Both the position numbers and the translations under genes were made by a program. From NCBI GenBank assembly GCA_010093815.1, contig ML996566.1: DNA of 64,000 nucleotides, one strand, 5' to 3'. Shown here in pieces: positions 11,819-24,149 of the stretch (the stretch's first letter is position 1; every line of letters starts with the position of its first letter). The notes beneath the pieces were generated by a model. That model saw only the letters and a program-made list of their open reading frames with translations. It was not told where the DNA came from and did no database searches. This stretch comes from Pseudovirgaria hyperparasitica. Taxonomy: Eukaryota.

Positions 11819-13882
11819 TTATTCAGTCCAGTAACGTTCAGAAACCACACTTTCGATATTAGCAAGCTTGTCAAGAAAGCCAACGAGTCCGCTCTTAGAA
11901 CAATCCGAACCGTCAAATGTTTCATCTGGAAAGAAATCGTCGATCTCAAAGGATGCACCCTCGGTGGCCTTGAATTCTTTCTTGTTCTTATGAAACAGGC
12001 CGTCCCATATATCATGAACCACCACAATGGTCTTGAACCTAGTAGTGGATATATCACACGTCGCAGAGGTCGGCTGTGGGATATCAGTAATATTGCTCGC
12101 CTCTACACAGTAGCTGGAGCCCCGAAGGCGGTACTCGTACTTGCGAATCAACTGTACGTGATATAAGTTTGGATGAGTCCCATATCTCAGGCCCGAATTT
12201 GCTGGATGGGTATTGTGGCTCATCTTGACTTGTTCCGCAAATTCGTGTAGCTGCCGCGGAACATCTTTTGACTTGATGTCCTGAGCGACGCAAAGCTCGA
12301 AATTCCAGCACATGCCGTACTCGTTGGGGGAAGCGAGAGTAATGTCCATCAAACAGAATGACTTTGGGGCTCCAGATCTTGGACGGTTCTTCGTTTTGAG
12401 TCGTACCCATTGACACACGTCTCGGAAGGGGTTTAGACCTCCTTGGAAGCCAATCTCGAGACAGTATGAGTATTCGTCACCCCCAATATCGAAGTAGAAC
12501 ATGCCTCGATGTTTACACTCTACTTCACTAAGACTAGACGTGAAGTGATCCTTGGGTTCAATAAACTTATTAGCGCGGAATAGGTTGCGAGGAAATTTAC
12601 TATCAAGCTCGTGAACCAGGCGTGGTGAGAAAGTGACACCATCATGGTCAAGGTCGTCGCAGAGGTCCATGAAATCATTCATTGGTAATTTATCAATTAC
12701 CCCTTTTGGCGTTTGCTCGAGGATCACGGTACCAAGACGCGCGCGGAGACGAAGGACGCCATGATATGTGCGAGCATCATTTAGGCATGACTTGATAGCT
12801 TTGCGCAAAGGTTCCAGATCCAGATCCAGACACCTCATACCGATATGAGCCACCGTGGGAACTGCGTTCGGGTTAATCACGGCGATACGCTCGCGCTCAC
12901 AAAGATCCGGTCTTGGTTTCAGTATTACAGTTTCCAATGATAGAGGCTCCCAGCCGCTCCATATCATCATTGGAAGTCGAGAATTGACGCTGACTCTTGC
13001 CTGGTGCAGCTTGTTATAATATTGGTCGAGAGCTTTCTGGATGTTGTCGTCCTCCTGAGCGGTGAACCTAAGCTTTGGTGGTCCGTTTCCTGGAGGGAGC
13101 AAGTTGATAAACACCCTACACGTTCTTCGAATTATGTTCAAAGCCGCAAGATTGTAGCCGAATACCTCTTCGACGGTGTACAGTTTTTTCTTCCGAGCAC
13201 CTTCAACCACAATAGGATGATAGGTGATATCTCTATAGACGAGTCCTGGAACATTTGAAGGCGGAGACCCGGTGAACATGGCATCGATCAAGTTCTTCTT
13301 TTCAGAGTGATTCTTGCGTGCCTCTTCTTTTTCGTTGTAGGCTGAAGTCTTCGTGAATTTGCTCATGTCACGATTACGGTCTGATGCACGGTCGGCATTC
13401 TGGCGATATGCCGGGCGACCAGATCGGGCTCTATTAGAAGACTGGCTTGTAAGAGCAGTTGATTTCCCTGTGACTTTTAGCGAATGCAAACAACTATTGT
13501 CACAATACTTACCAACATGGCTTTGCGTCCGTATACTTGGTTCAGCAGTGGGTACTCGCGGAGTACTGGTTACTGCAGCGGCACTTTGTCTCATCGGCCC
13601 GTTCTGGTGCTCAACGGACGATGATACTCCTGTATTTCTACTGGTGCTCGAGTTGGAGTGACTACTCAATAGATGCTGAGGTCGGTCGAATCCATGACCC
13701 GAAGTGGTAAGACTAGCATGCTTAACAGGCGGCGGTAAATTGTTCGAACTTGAAGATCTTGATGAGGAAGAAGAGTCTTGCAGTTCTACTAGAAGAGCAA
13801 ATGAGTTTGTAGCTGTCGTATCTATAGCAGGACTAGGTTTTTGACTGAAATAGCGGTTGGGGGCACCAGTCGGATGGGGCAT
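11819..13882 (-). CDS. Hypothetical fungal protein (687 aa): disordered N-terminus, possible KH-like module and beta-rich C-terminal domain
   Basis: Long uninterrupted ORF. A probable 5'UTR intron at 13989-13884 (GTAAGT...GCTAAG...CAG) ends 1 nt before the ATG. Confidence 0.7.
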   Translation of the reverse strand: MPHPTGAPNRYFSQKPSPAIDTTATNSFALLVELQDSSSSSRSSSSNNLPPPVKHASLTTSGHGFDRPQHLLSSHSNSSTSRNTGVSSSVEHQNGPMRQSAAAVTSTPRVPTAEPSIRTQSHVGKYCDNSCLHSLKVTGKSTALTSQSSNRARSGRPAYRQNADRASDRNRDMSKFTKTSAYNEKEEARKNHSEKKNLIDAMFTGSPPSNVPGLVYRDITYHPIVVEGARKKKLYTVEEVFGYNLAALNIIRRTCRVFINLLPPGNGPPKLRFTAQEDDNIQKALDQYYNKLHQARVSVNSRLPMMIWSGWEPLSLETVILKPRPDLCERERIAVINPNAVPTVAHIGMRCLDLDLEPLRKAIKSCLNDARTYHGVLRLRARLGTVILEQTPKGVIDKLPMNDFMDLCDDLDHDGVTFSPRLVHELDSKFPRNLFRANKFIEPKDHFTSSLSEVECKHRGMFYFDIGGDEYSYCLEIGFQGGLNPFRDVCQWVRLKTKNRPRSGAPKSFCLMDITLASPNEYGMCWNFELCVAQDIKSKDVPRQLHEFAEQVKMSHNTHPANSGLRYGTHPNLYHVQLIRKYEYRLRGSSYCVEASNITDIPQPTSATCDISTTRFKTIVVVHDIWDGLFHKNKKEFKATEGASFEIDDFFPDETFDGSDCSKSGLVGFLDKLANIESVVSERYWTE

Positions 13883-15175
13883 GCTGTGAAGAGCTTAGCT
13901 GTTACGGCCTCAGATTTGAGCGCGTAAAGAGTGATAGACATGGTGATGTATGTATATGGCGGATCTGACGACAACAAAAGGTGACTTACCTGACAGCAAT
14001 ACCAAGGTCGATTTTGAGCAAGCCTGGCGGTCACTCCGGTAGAAATGCAGGTGAAGATGGCAGTATTTGACAGATTCTGCACTTGAGCGATTTTATGCAT
14101 ACAAATAGGCTACCACCTACCCAATTAGAGTTGTCGTCGGACGGTGAATGTTGGTTGTTGACCGGGTTTCGCTCCGCCAATCAAGCGATCAGGCGTGGTG
14201 AATATGAGTAAAAGAAGGTAAAGTGAATCCGATCTGAATCCGATTCTAGGATTGAGCCCAAACCTCAACGTCCAGCCCCCGACTTGACTGAAGTTGATAG
14301 AATTGACGGAGTTGCGTCAACGTCAGAACAGGCGTTGGACAGGTACCTATGAATGACCTTAGACAGCATGCAAGCTCACACCTGTCGTTGCCAAAACAAA
14401 TGTCACCAACCCAAAGGGATTGAGGTAGTGTTCCAAGGTACAACCAAGAAGAATCTTCGAGCAGCATCCGGTAAAGAAGGAAGGGCAATTCAGAGCTTTC
14501 GTTGACGAAGAGCTATCAATGAATGGCTTTGACGGCAGCTCGTAGGTAAAGAGAGGTTGGAAGAAATCATATTGGTAAGGAGAAAGACATGGAGTGGAAG
14601 AAAGAGATTTGATAAGCAAAGGAAATTCCACTTGTAGTTGCCTTGAAGATCTGACGACGGAAGGGATAACTACGAGTTGTTTGATCATGTCACATGGTTG
14701 AGCTGATGAACAACAGCCGCAACATACAAACAAGCTCGGGCCCCCTATGCGGCAAGTGAACCGAGTAAACAATAACAGGCATGTTCACCTCATAATCCAA
14801 CAAGCTATACGGAACACTCGCCACTGGCGTACCACAGGCTTTACAGCATTCACTGTCTTATTTATCTTACCTCAGGACTCACTGAAAGGCCACGGCTTGC
14901 AAACGGCTCTAGAGATGGATTCTATCTGGGCATAACCGTCCAAGCAAGAGCGGCGATGCTCAACGACTCCTGCCTGTCACGTTGGTGAGCTCCGGGTGCT
15001 CAAGTCCTCCGGGTGAGTTCGCAGTAGCAACGTCATATGAGTATGGAGTGGAAGTTACGCTTCTGCAAGCCAACTGGCCAGAAGATCGTTCTGTTGTTCG
15101 AGCACTTCGTCCAACCATTCTTTGCCCTAACACGTACCAATATCCTACCCAAGTACTCTTCACCATTCTTTTCTC

Positions 15176-16273
15176 ATGCATAGTATCTTCGGGCGTCTGT
15201 GCTGTCAGCCAACCCCGAAGAGAAAGCGAAGCATTCAAGTAGCCTCTCCGTCCTCAGTCATACCTACCATAAGCCCCCCTGCTCCACCACCCTCTCGAGC
15301 GCAAGGAACACTAGAAAGCGAGCAAACAGACAACATCGATCTGTCCGCCCCGGAATCAGCGGCCGAAATTAACCAACGACTCCGCTCAGCTGGCCATACA
15401 CCTGGTCCACTTGACCAGACCCGAAAGTCCAGTCTGCTCAAGACACGTACTAGCTTACCAGATGTGAACGAGCATTCACCTGATTTTTCGATCCCTCGGA
15501 TCGCGACCAGCAAGTCTTGGTCAAATCAACCTAACCCTGATGATCGCCAGCTCGGCGAAATACCCGCAACGAAGATCAAGTCCAGCCCGCATTCCAGTCT
15601 TGGCGGCGAAGCGTGTCTCATGACTGAGCCGAGTCAAAAGCGGTACAGCGAAGACGTTGCTGACAGAAATATCAAGCTTTACGGTGGTATCGAGAGATCG
15701 AATTCCATGCCAAATGATCAGAAACAAACGAGTCCGGACGAAAGAGACCGTTTCACACGACGGACTTCAATCCCGCCGTTCAAAACCGATCAGCAAGAAG
15801 TATCTGAACCGCCAAAGGACGAAGATGTTACGCCCAAAGAATCCGAGGGGCGCATTCTCATGGTACCAGATCTAGGTCAAGTTGAGCTTGCCCGTTACGC
15901 ACACCAACCCAGCGCCTGGCAGTCTCCAGATGGGAAGCCTGTCGAATTTTCAAATTCCCGTCCGATTCAGCCCGTACGAGAGGAGTCTGAGGAGTCATTC
16001 AACACGTTCTTGAGAACCACTGGCCCGGTTGTAGAAGCTTCGAAAGACAGTAGGTTGGGTCTGAAGAAAGACATTAATGAGTCGAGCACCCTACGCATGA
16101 AAGAAGGTGCAGGTAGTGACGACGAGCAGCCATCTCAGCGCAAGGTTTCGGTCACACCCTCCGTGGGCGTTAGCAGATACTCCACTGCGAAGGCCTCGCT
16201 TCCGGAGGATGGTGATGACGACGATGCAGCTGAAGCAGACCGGGTGGTGATTTGGAAAGGGTTCAGTGTCTAA
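15176..16273 (+). CDS. Hypothetical intrinsically disordered protein (365 aa) with N-terminal di-cysteine/basic patch
   Basis: ATG-initiated S/P/E-rich ORF starting MHSIFGRLCCQPTPKRKR. No family recognised. Confidence 0.6.
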   Translation: MHSIFGRLCCQPTPKRKRSIQVASPSSVIPTISPPAPPPSRAQGTLESEQTDNIDLSAPESAAEINQRLRSAGHTPGPLDQTRKSSLLKTRTSLPDVNEHSPDFSIPRIATSKSWSNQPNPDDRQLGEIPATKIKSSPHSSLGGEACLMTEPSQKRYSEDVADRNIKLYGGIERSNSMPNDQKQTSPDERDRFTRRTSIPPFKTDQQEVSEPPKDEDVTPKESEGRILMVPDLGQVELARYAHQPSAWQSPDGKPVEFSNSRPIQPVREESEESFNTFLRTTGPVVEASKDSRLGLKKDINESSTLRMKEGAGSDDEQPSQRKVSVTPSVGVSRYSTAKASLPEDGDDDDAAEADRVVIWKGFSV

Positions 16274-16630
16274 AAGCGAAAATGAGGTCTTCGACACCGC
16301 TGGTTGCCTGATGTTGGGACAGTGAGTTGAAGGAACATCTGTCGTGGTCTAAAAAGGCACCTGGTGTACCCACAGCGCTCACCAGCTTGTGTTTGGTGTT
16401 ACGTAAACTGGTCTTGAAATTAATAGCACGTTTGGACCTTGTCGGGTATATGAAGCGCTCGACTCTTCTTAATCTTGAAAGACTAGGTTGTCAACTCCGT
16501 ATATGCAACACGTCCAGAAATACTTTATACATGCTGAAGTCTAATGTTCAGTACCCGATGCACATAGACTTACTCGCCTTTCTCTAAACAACCACCCTCG
16601 CACGAGCTCCTGGCCTGGCTCTTTTCTTCC

Positions 16631-17497
16631 CTAGTGCATGCCATTCCGCTGGCTGTCTTCGATGTCCAAGTGCATAGGTCGCCATTTCCTCTTTCCACTT
16701 AGGATCTCCTCTGCCTCCATCTTCATTCGTAGAGCGCGATCTCTGGTGTTGATGATGGTCCGTCTTGCTTGTGGCGCGGTGTAATCCGCGTCCAATTGTT
16801 TGCCCCATCTGTAATGATGTATTAGCGAGGGACCTATCTCTTGTCGAACATGCTACGTACGGTCTGAAATCATCGACCTCCTCAACCTCCCCCGTCTTCT
16901 TATTCCTCATTTTCCCCTTGGTCGGCTTCGGCCATATGAAGGGCTCGTGCAACTCCACGATCATATACTTCTTCCCCTCGACCCAGCGCCACGCCTTGGC
17001 GTACAGCAGATCAAAGCTTGTGCTGGGTCTCTTTTCCTTTGTCGCGTACCCGTTTGTCACCCACGAGCGGATGTTCTTTACTTTGAGGCCGTATGCGTGG
17101 TATAGGTAGTCGTGCAGGTCCATCTTTGAGAAGTTGAGCGGGACATGGAATTTCGCCTCGTTGGGGTTTTCTTGGTAGATGAGTTGGATGGTAAAGCTGG
17201 GCCTGGTCAGGGTTAGATGGTACTGCGAAGGACTGCTGATGGTGGGAGATGCGCGAACATGTAGACGGGCTTTTGGCCAAAGCCATATCTTAGACCTCGT
17301 TGAATGGCCTCCTGTGAGCGTATATAGGGTGTACGTGATTTGCTTTCGCTGGCGAAATCTGTTTCGTCCACTTCCTCTGCCTCTGCATCGACGAGTTGAG
17401 AATAGCGAGCGCTACGGGTTGATCCCCGTAAAGCAGTAATTGATGGCTTGCTGCATACGCGGGGAGCCCGGGTCGCCAGAAGTAATGAGGACCGCAT
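16631..17497 (-). CDS. MRP20: Mitochondrial large-subunit ribosomal protein uL23m
   Basis: Arg/Ser/Leu-rich presequence; VYMPSFTIQL..AKFHVPLNFSKMDLHDYLYHAYGLKV..KKYMIVELHEPFIWP. Introns 17258-17203 and 16860-16809. C-terminal ILSGKRKWRP; stop TAG at 16631-16633. Confidence 0.85.
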
Positions 17498-17753
17498 AGT
17501 GGTTGAAGACAATGGGTTGTTGATACAGCTTGTCGGGCTTAATTGACTCTTGAAATTTGAGGTCGCGATAGTATCGGAGGTCAGTCTTGGCAACACGGGT
17601 CTAGCTCCCGCAGTCGTCCTGCCGCACTTCGTGCTACGCTAGCTTTCGCGATATTCCGAGCACCTCTTACACCAACAGATGGAATAAAGGTGGCTTTGAC
17701 GTAGGCTCCAAGTGGAACATGAGTGGAGTACCACCATACATATACAGCAAGCC

Positions 17754-18855
17754 ATGTTTCAATTCGGGAAAAATAACAAGCCACGCTCAAAATGTTACTA
17801 CACTCAAGTCACGGGCGTGTCATACGTTGATGCGGACCAGCCTCCAAAGAAGAAGAAGCCATATTCTCTATTCCACAATCACGCCTTCTCACATACCGTA
17901 AGTCACTGTAAGCCCAAAATTCGGCAATGACTAAAAACACTCAAAGATGGACGTCGCACTCCCCGAAGAAATCTACACTCTGATCCATCATCACCTTGAA
18001 TCCCTCACCCTGGATTACTCTCGCGTATTTCTTTCTCTATCCGACATCCTCGACCCACCGTTCTTCAACCATTACATCAAGCAAGGTTCCATCGCCCTTC
18101 TCTCCGAAGGACGACCCCAGATTGACAATCTCATCTCCCTGACTGCCGGCATTCTGCGCCTGGAACTCGACAAACCGACCTACGAACGCGCCGGCCTTGT
18201 CGGAACCCCCATACCCAGCGGCGGACGCACGCATGTCAAGGCGCGATATGCCATCGAGTTCAATCTCCGCCTCCCGTGCATGTTACACGGCAAGAAGGGG
18301 TTTGAGCGATTGAAGTACGCAGCGCAGAACGTACTTACGCAAAGCCTATCCTTCCTCTTCGTTGACCTGGGTTCGAGTAGGATGGAAGTAGATGAAGACC
18401 CGCTGGCGAAGCATCATCCATTCAAGCACACTGTAGCGCCGAGCGTCTTGCGTATGCCAGACACGCTGTGTCCGGTGCTGCCAGGGCTACGAGGACTTGA
18501 AGATCAGGGCATCGCGGCAGAGGTTTACGAATGGTTGTCGTTGGTGTCGCTTGCCTCACCGCGACTATCAGCCAGTGATGACATGGATGGGTTTTTGAGT
18601 CGATATGCGGTGCCTGAGGTAGACGCGCACGTGCCAACAAGCTGCAATCTTGTGAGGTTGCGCTGGCGAGGGCTGATCACGCCGCAATATGTGACTAAGG
18701 TGTGGATGGCAGTGTTGAGAGAAAGTGCTCGTAGTGGCAATGAAAATTGGGTCGCACTGAACGCGGGCTGTTTTCGGGGAGGAGGGTCGTATCAGGTACT
18801 GGATTTCGGGAAAGAGGGATGTGTATGCTGGGAAGTGGAGCGATCCTCTATGTGA
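17754..18855 (+). CDS. RPP40: Ribonuclease P/MRP 40 kDa subunit (Rpp40 family)
   Basis: Exon 17754-17897, intron 17898-17946, then the 302-aa ORF with GILRLELDKPTYERAGLVG, NLRLPCMLHGKKGFERL and EWLSLVSLASPRL. Confidence 0.8.
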
Positions 18856-19238
18856 TGATAATCTAACTGATTTGTCCTCATTTGTGCATGGGATTGTGAA
18901 CCTGGCCTGGTAAATGAGGAAATATTAATAGTAATGTGACCCGAGCTCGCTTGTGGCCGACTATCAGGGGTATCATGCTACCTTCGATTGTGTCCTATCA
19001 TCAAATCATGTGATGCCAACACGGTCTAAACGAAATGAAGTTTAATGAAAACCGACAAGGACAGAGGTTTGCAGCTCTATCTTGTGGTCTTTATGCGCTT
19101 CACGATGTTCGTCCCTACATGCACTAAAATTGGCATGTTCTGCCGAAACGCCTCCAATGCACAACTAACAACTCCGTCTCATGCCCAACATGATTTTAAT
19201 ACGTCGTCAAACTCTTGACTGGTCACTCCGTGTGGGTG

Positions 19239-20957
19239 TCAAGTACGCGGTTTGCGAACGACGACGGTGAACATATTGTCGTGATCTTCGTCGTACGGCT
19301 GCACGTCTACTGCCTGATTCTGATTCAACATGCTGTGTTGCAGGTCCAGACCAGCTCTACGACAAAGCTCTGCTACGATAGGATCGCAATCGCCGAGCAG
19401 GTTGATATCGAATTCGATGTGCTTAACGGGTTCGCGCGAAATCAAGATGTGGGGTATCTCGTGCGGAATGTAGTTTGGTATGTCAGACACGGGGGCAACC
19501 TTCATGGAGGTACCTATAACGATGACGAGGTCCACTGGGCCGTAAGGCTCATTATTGAGATCAGATCGCTTCTGCCTTTGGTGCTCATCAGAATGTTCGA
19601 TGATCCTACCGTTCTTTGAATCGATTTCTGGTCGATCTAAGCTTATGCGTTGGAAGAAGATATCAGGGAGCTGTTCGCCGAAAAATGTGATATCTGGCTT
19701 CATGACGCCCGGCTCGGGAATGTCGTATTGACCGTCGCTCTCAGAATCCGAATCAAGTGCGTATCTCTTCTTCGGTTTGGTTTGACCATTGGGACGTCTC
19801 TTTCGCTTCGCGGCGCTGGCTAGAGCCAAATTGTTCTGGCATTCTTGACATCTGGCAATGCGCTTCAACCGGACGTCTCCGAAAATTTCCTCACCCTTTA
19901 CTTTGTGTCCACACTTCCTGCAAGATGCAGTTGCCCATGAGCCGTGGCATTGTATCAACCTCGAAGGCTCGATGTTTGCGTAACTCTCGATATTGTCTAT
20001 GTTTTGCGTATAGTTGGTGAGGAGCTTGTGGTGCTTCTGCAGGAGCGCTACAAATGCATGGGTGGGTGAAGTATACCCTAGAGTCGGAAGTATGCCGCCA
20101 GCCACGTTATAAAACTTCGAGGGATTTGTGTCGAAGTCATCTAGATCAAATACTTCTTCTGGCTCGTAGTATCCTTGCTCTTTAAGCAGTTCATAGAAGC
20201 CTGTTGTTTTGGAACGAAAATCTGGTATACCCAGACTGGTAGAAATACCCGCGCCCGTGATGACTATGATGTTTTTTTTCTCCCTCAATAGATTAGCAGC
20301 ATGGTCTATGGTCTTATATTGTGGCAGCGCCCGTCGTCGCCCTAGCTCCCGCTGGATTAGATGACCCAAGGACCGGAAGTAGTTGTCCGCAGTTCTTTTG
20401 TTGTATGGCAAATCGAAGGCAAATGCAGTACATAATTTCTTGACAGTCATCTTGGTCGTGAACAACGTCTCATATATGCTGTAGTAAGGGAGCTTGTAAG
20501 CCTGAGGAACATACATCATAGCGTAGCAAGTTTTACTGGGTTACTTACAACTGTTTGTGGCCGACCTTTCTGAGCCGCATCCTTAATGCATGAGCTTCAC
20601 TGGCTGTGCATGTTTCGTCATTAGGCTCTAATTGAATAAAGTTAGCAACGCAACGAATCATTCTGTGCGAACAATGAGCTCTTGGAAATCGGGATTGTAC
20701 CACTTGCGAATGGCCATGCATCATCGCTGTCGTGGATCTTCTGAACGAAATCATCCTCAGAGCCAGTATCTGGATTCAAGTTAGGGAGCCTAGCTATACA
20801 CGTAGGACTCGAACGACTGACCTGAGAATGTGTCCTCTTCGTCGTCGGACTCGGCCTCATGTTCCTTCTGAGCAGCGATGGTCGCAGAATCAGGTGCGGT
20901 AGTAACCTCTACGTCAGTTCGGCTTCCAGCTACCGAGGGAGCCATAGTCGCTGGCAT
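19239..20957 (-). CDS. SIR2: NAD-dependent histone deacetylase, Sir2/Hst1 class
   Basis: GAGISTSLGIPDFRS, YTQNIDNIE, QCHGS, CxxC..CxxC, KPDITFFGE and IGTSMKVAPV. Introns 20821-20770, 20700-20628 and 20548-20479. Start at 20957 or 20945. Confidence 0.9.
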
Positions 20958-23760
20958 AGTGGGCCCAGCGAGAATGTGATCAGTGGGAGTGTCGCTGTGG
21001 ATAAGACCTGTTCATGATGGTCTTCGTTAAATCGCATATGCAGGGACCTCGGGATGTCTCACTCACCCCTTAGGCGCTAGTCAAGATAATGGATACTGCA
21101 CCTGCAGGGCCGGACCGCTTGTGGAGCCAGCGCTGAGCTTCTAGAAAGCATTCCGGTCAACATTCTTTTTTCCGTGGCTGTGCTATCAACAGAGACACAG
21201 TTATATCTTATATCCGTCGCTCAGTGTAACCAAGATATTGAGACGGGAAGATGCTACATCTTCTTACCCTCTCAGCCTAACTGAGACTGCCCTTTGACCG
21301 CGAAAGAAGCAATGGGCTCTCTTCTTCTTCTTAGCCATCAGGCTTCAGACACGTCCCGGCATGTTGCAAACCTTCCTGGGGAATTGACAAACATGTAAAT
21401 CTCTGAGTATAACATACAACACAGCTCTGCCATACCATCATAGGATTCCGACGTAGCACCTTGTACGCTGTCCACTTGCGACTCAAAGCTAAGCATTGGG
21501 AGAGCGGCTTGCGGTCCAGTGCTAAGGTCCCACAGGACTGAGAGCAGCTTTGAATGATAATGTATCGCCGAACTTCGTCGGACCTCGCTCAAGGGAAGAA
21601 GACGACCGTCGTCGGTGGCCATTCATGATGACCAACAACACACGATTTCGTCTATGCCCTTCACGAAGGGGTATACATGGTAGAGTGACTAGCTAAAGCA
21701 GTCTAGGCAATTCCTCATTACGGTCGTAGATTCGCTTGTGAACAGCCTACAACTATAACCTTGAAACATCGGTTCACGGACACTACTAAGAACTACGCGA
21801 TCTAGTCTTCTGGTGGCAAGGCGGCGGCGGCATAGTTGTTGGTGTATATCTGCCATACCAACCAAGATACAGATGTGGAAATTAGCATAGGAAGTCCTTT
21901 TATGATACGAAGCTAACAGCCAGCAGCGGCGGCGAAAAAGCTTGATGTATCGATCTTACTGTTTGCATTCATACAAGGCCGTGTTTGCGAAAAACGAGTG
22001 TATGACGCCGCCATCACTAGACACCAGCTTCACCAAGAGATAGAATGGCTATCTCCAATTAGCACCCGTTCGACAAAACGGACAAGAGTAGGTAATGGTG
22101 AACGGATAAAGGGTGACTTGGGCGCGAGCTCCTTGAGCCTCGCGTGCTAAATGCAGGCGATGTCGCAACCTTGCCAAAGCTAGCACACGGTCTCAATCTG
22201 TCTCTATCTGACAGCGATGTGCACATAATAGCTGCTAGGACGAGGCCAAACCAATTACGACTCTGACTCTATTGCTTCAACAGCTCGTTCAAGTATGCTT
22301 TAGGTTTATACGTGCCAGTGCCAGTGCCAGGTTGACGCGCGTGGCGGCATCACGAAGGACTCTCCACATATCTCCAGACATCTCCATGAAACCATCTCCG
22401 CTATTAGAGCGCGGGGCGCTTTCCAGACCTGGCTGCACCGTTCCGCAACGTGCAGCGTGTGCTGTGCAGCGTGTGCTGTGCAGCTCAATGCCTGGTCGGG
22501 GCAATCCGATAACTTAAAGCTTTCAGGAGGTGCGTCCACGGTCGATCTATCGCAAGGGGGATTATTTGCCTTTTGGCGGCCTCGGTAGCGAGACTTCACC
22601 TGCTGCAGCTGCAGCTGCATCCAACGGCGCTGTGAAAGGAGGAGCCGTATCGGAGTAATAAGTTGACTTTTCCTTTGCAGATTACAATGGTCGCCTTATC
22701 ATAATTACACTTATAGCGAGTAGTCACTGCAACAAAGATTCTGTTGGGCACTAGAGCAGCGAAAAAAGGCCCGGCAATACCTTAGGCATCACTACTGAGG
22801 TACCTAGAGGGTGTGGTGGAGATGGCGAAAAGGTGATTCTGTGATGAATTTCCCTTTCGGCGTTGACTCGCGTAATCAGCCCTGTCTAGGAGGCTTGATT
22901 AAGCCCCTAAGCCCCGTCTGTTTTGCCGAATGCAGCTCTGGATGGTGGCCCCGACCTCCAGCCTCCAGTCTCCGCAGCCCCAAAGCCCACAGCAGCCCAG
23001 CTCAGGGCCCCAGGCTCACATCCGGCCGCTTGGGAGGAAGCCGAGGACACTGTACTATTAGGCAGGCTGGCAGTTTTATTAGGTTCAAGCGTATGTACAA
23101 TTTCACCGCTTTGATACGAGCTCACGCTCCAGCTTCGGTAACCAGGGTGTTAAATGAAGCAAAGCTCACGGTGTTTCATCTGGCCGAGCTTTATGCTCCA
23201 CTGGACCGTTGCAAAGAGATTTCCCACACGTGCCATTGCTGACGAGTGACAGCAAAATCGACGAGCCATGTTCAGGAGCATGCTGATGCTTTTTGTTAAT
23301 GTATCGGTTGTTGAGGCTGTGCGTTTCCCCTGTTGTCGCACGCATTGCGCGTCAGGAAGTCAAGCCGCCACGACCCCTCCCCCCGGCCGGCTGTTCCGCG
23401 AGTGTGTTCGATCAATGTTGCACAGCAGCATGACAAACAGCAACCGAAAGTTTTGCATAATCTTGCCACACTCTGCACCAAGACGATACGTATTCCTACG
23501 TCAAGCCTAATGAAGATCTCCGCCGGCGTCCGCGAACCATTTCGAGCTCCTCAAAGCACGCCAGAGCAAAGGGGGCGGTTGAAGGAGGGAGGCGAGAACG
23601 GCAGGTCCCACGAAATATGACTTGTGCGGGGGACTTGCAGCGAGATTAGACGCTGATACAACGATTGGCGGCGCGCGAATGGGAAGACTCAGAAGAGACG
23701 ACAATAACGGGAGTGATTGGCTGGATCACAGGAGAGACAGTCGATAGTGGAGATATTTTA

Positions 23761-23793
23761 GGGGGGGGGAAGGGGGGGGGAGGGATAGGGGGG
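23761..23793 (+). repeat. Poly-G tracts (G9-AA-G9-A-G3-ATA-G6), G-quadruplex-capable
   Basis: Read directly from the sequence. Confidence 0.8.
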
Positions 23794-24149
23794 TGTGAAG
23801 ACTAAGAGTGGGACGGCTATACACCAGACCCAGTGTCAGCTAGCACAGTCATTAGCGTGCGGCGGCTCTAGTACCTGGGCGCCTTCACGCCGACTGGAAC
23901 TGGTTTGGCGCAATCAGCAAATCTTGCTAGGTTGCTCTCGAGACCAACTGCTCGAGCGTTCCTCGGTACCTCTTGGGTGCTGGAGCCTGTGGTATAAGAA
24001 ACCCCCAGCTCCAGCCGTTCTCTTCTGTTTGTCCAAGAGTTATCATTACACACCCTCGTTCAACTCCAACTCCATATCCACCTGCTATACCAATCCAACT
24101 TTCGTCAGCCAACACTCCAACTTTCGTCAATCAACCGCCATCCATCAAA

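Noticed and set aside
21625..21700. Isolated ATGATGA box-C-like motif (similar ones near 31213, 31532 and 60845)
   Set aside because: No suitably spaced box D, no rRNA-complementary guide and no flanking intron.
22272..23704. Many overlapping 60-140-aa ORFs in the long intergenic region
   Set aside because: No coding-like composition or family resemblance; consistent with chance ORFs in promoter DNA.
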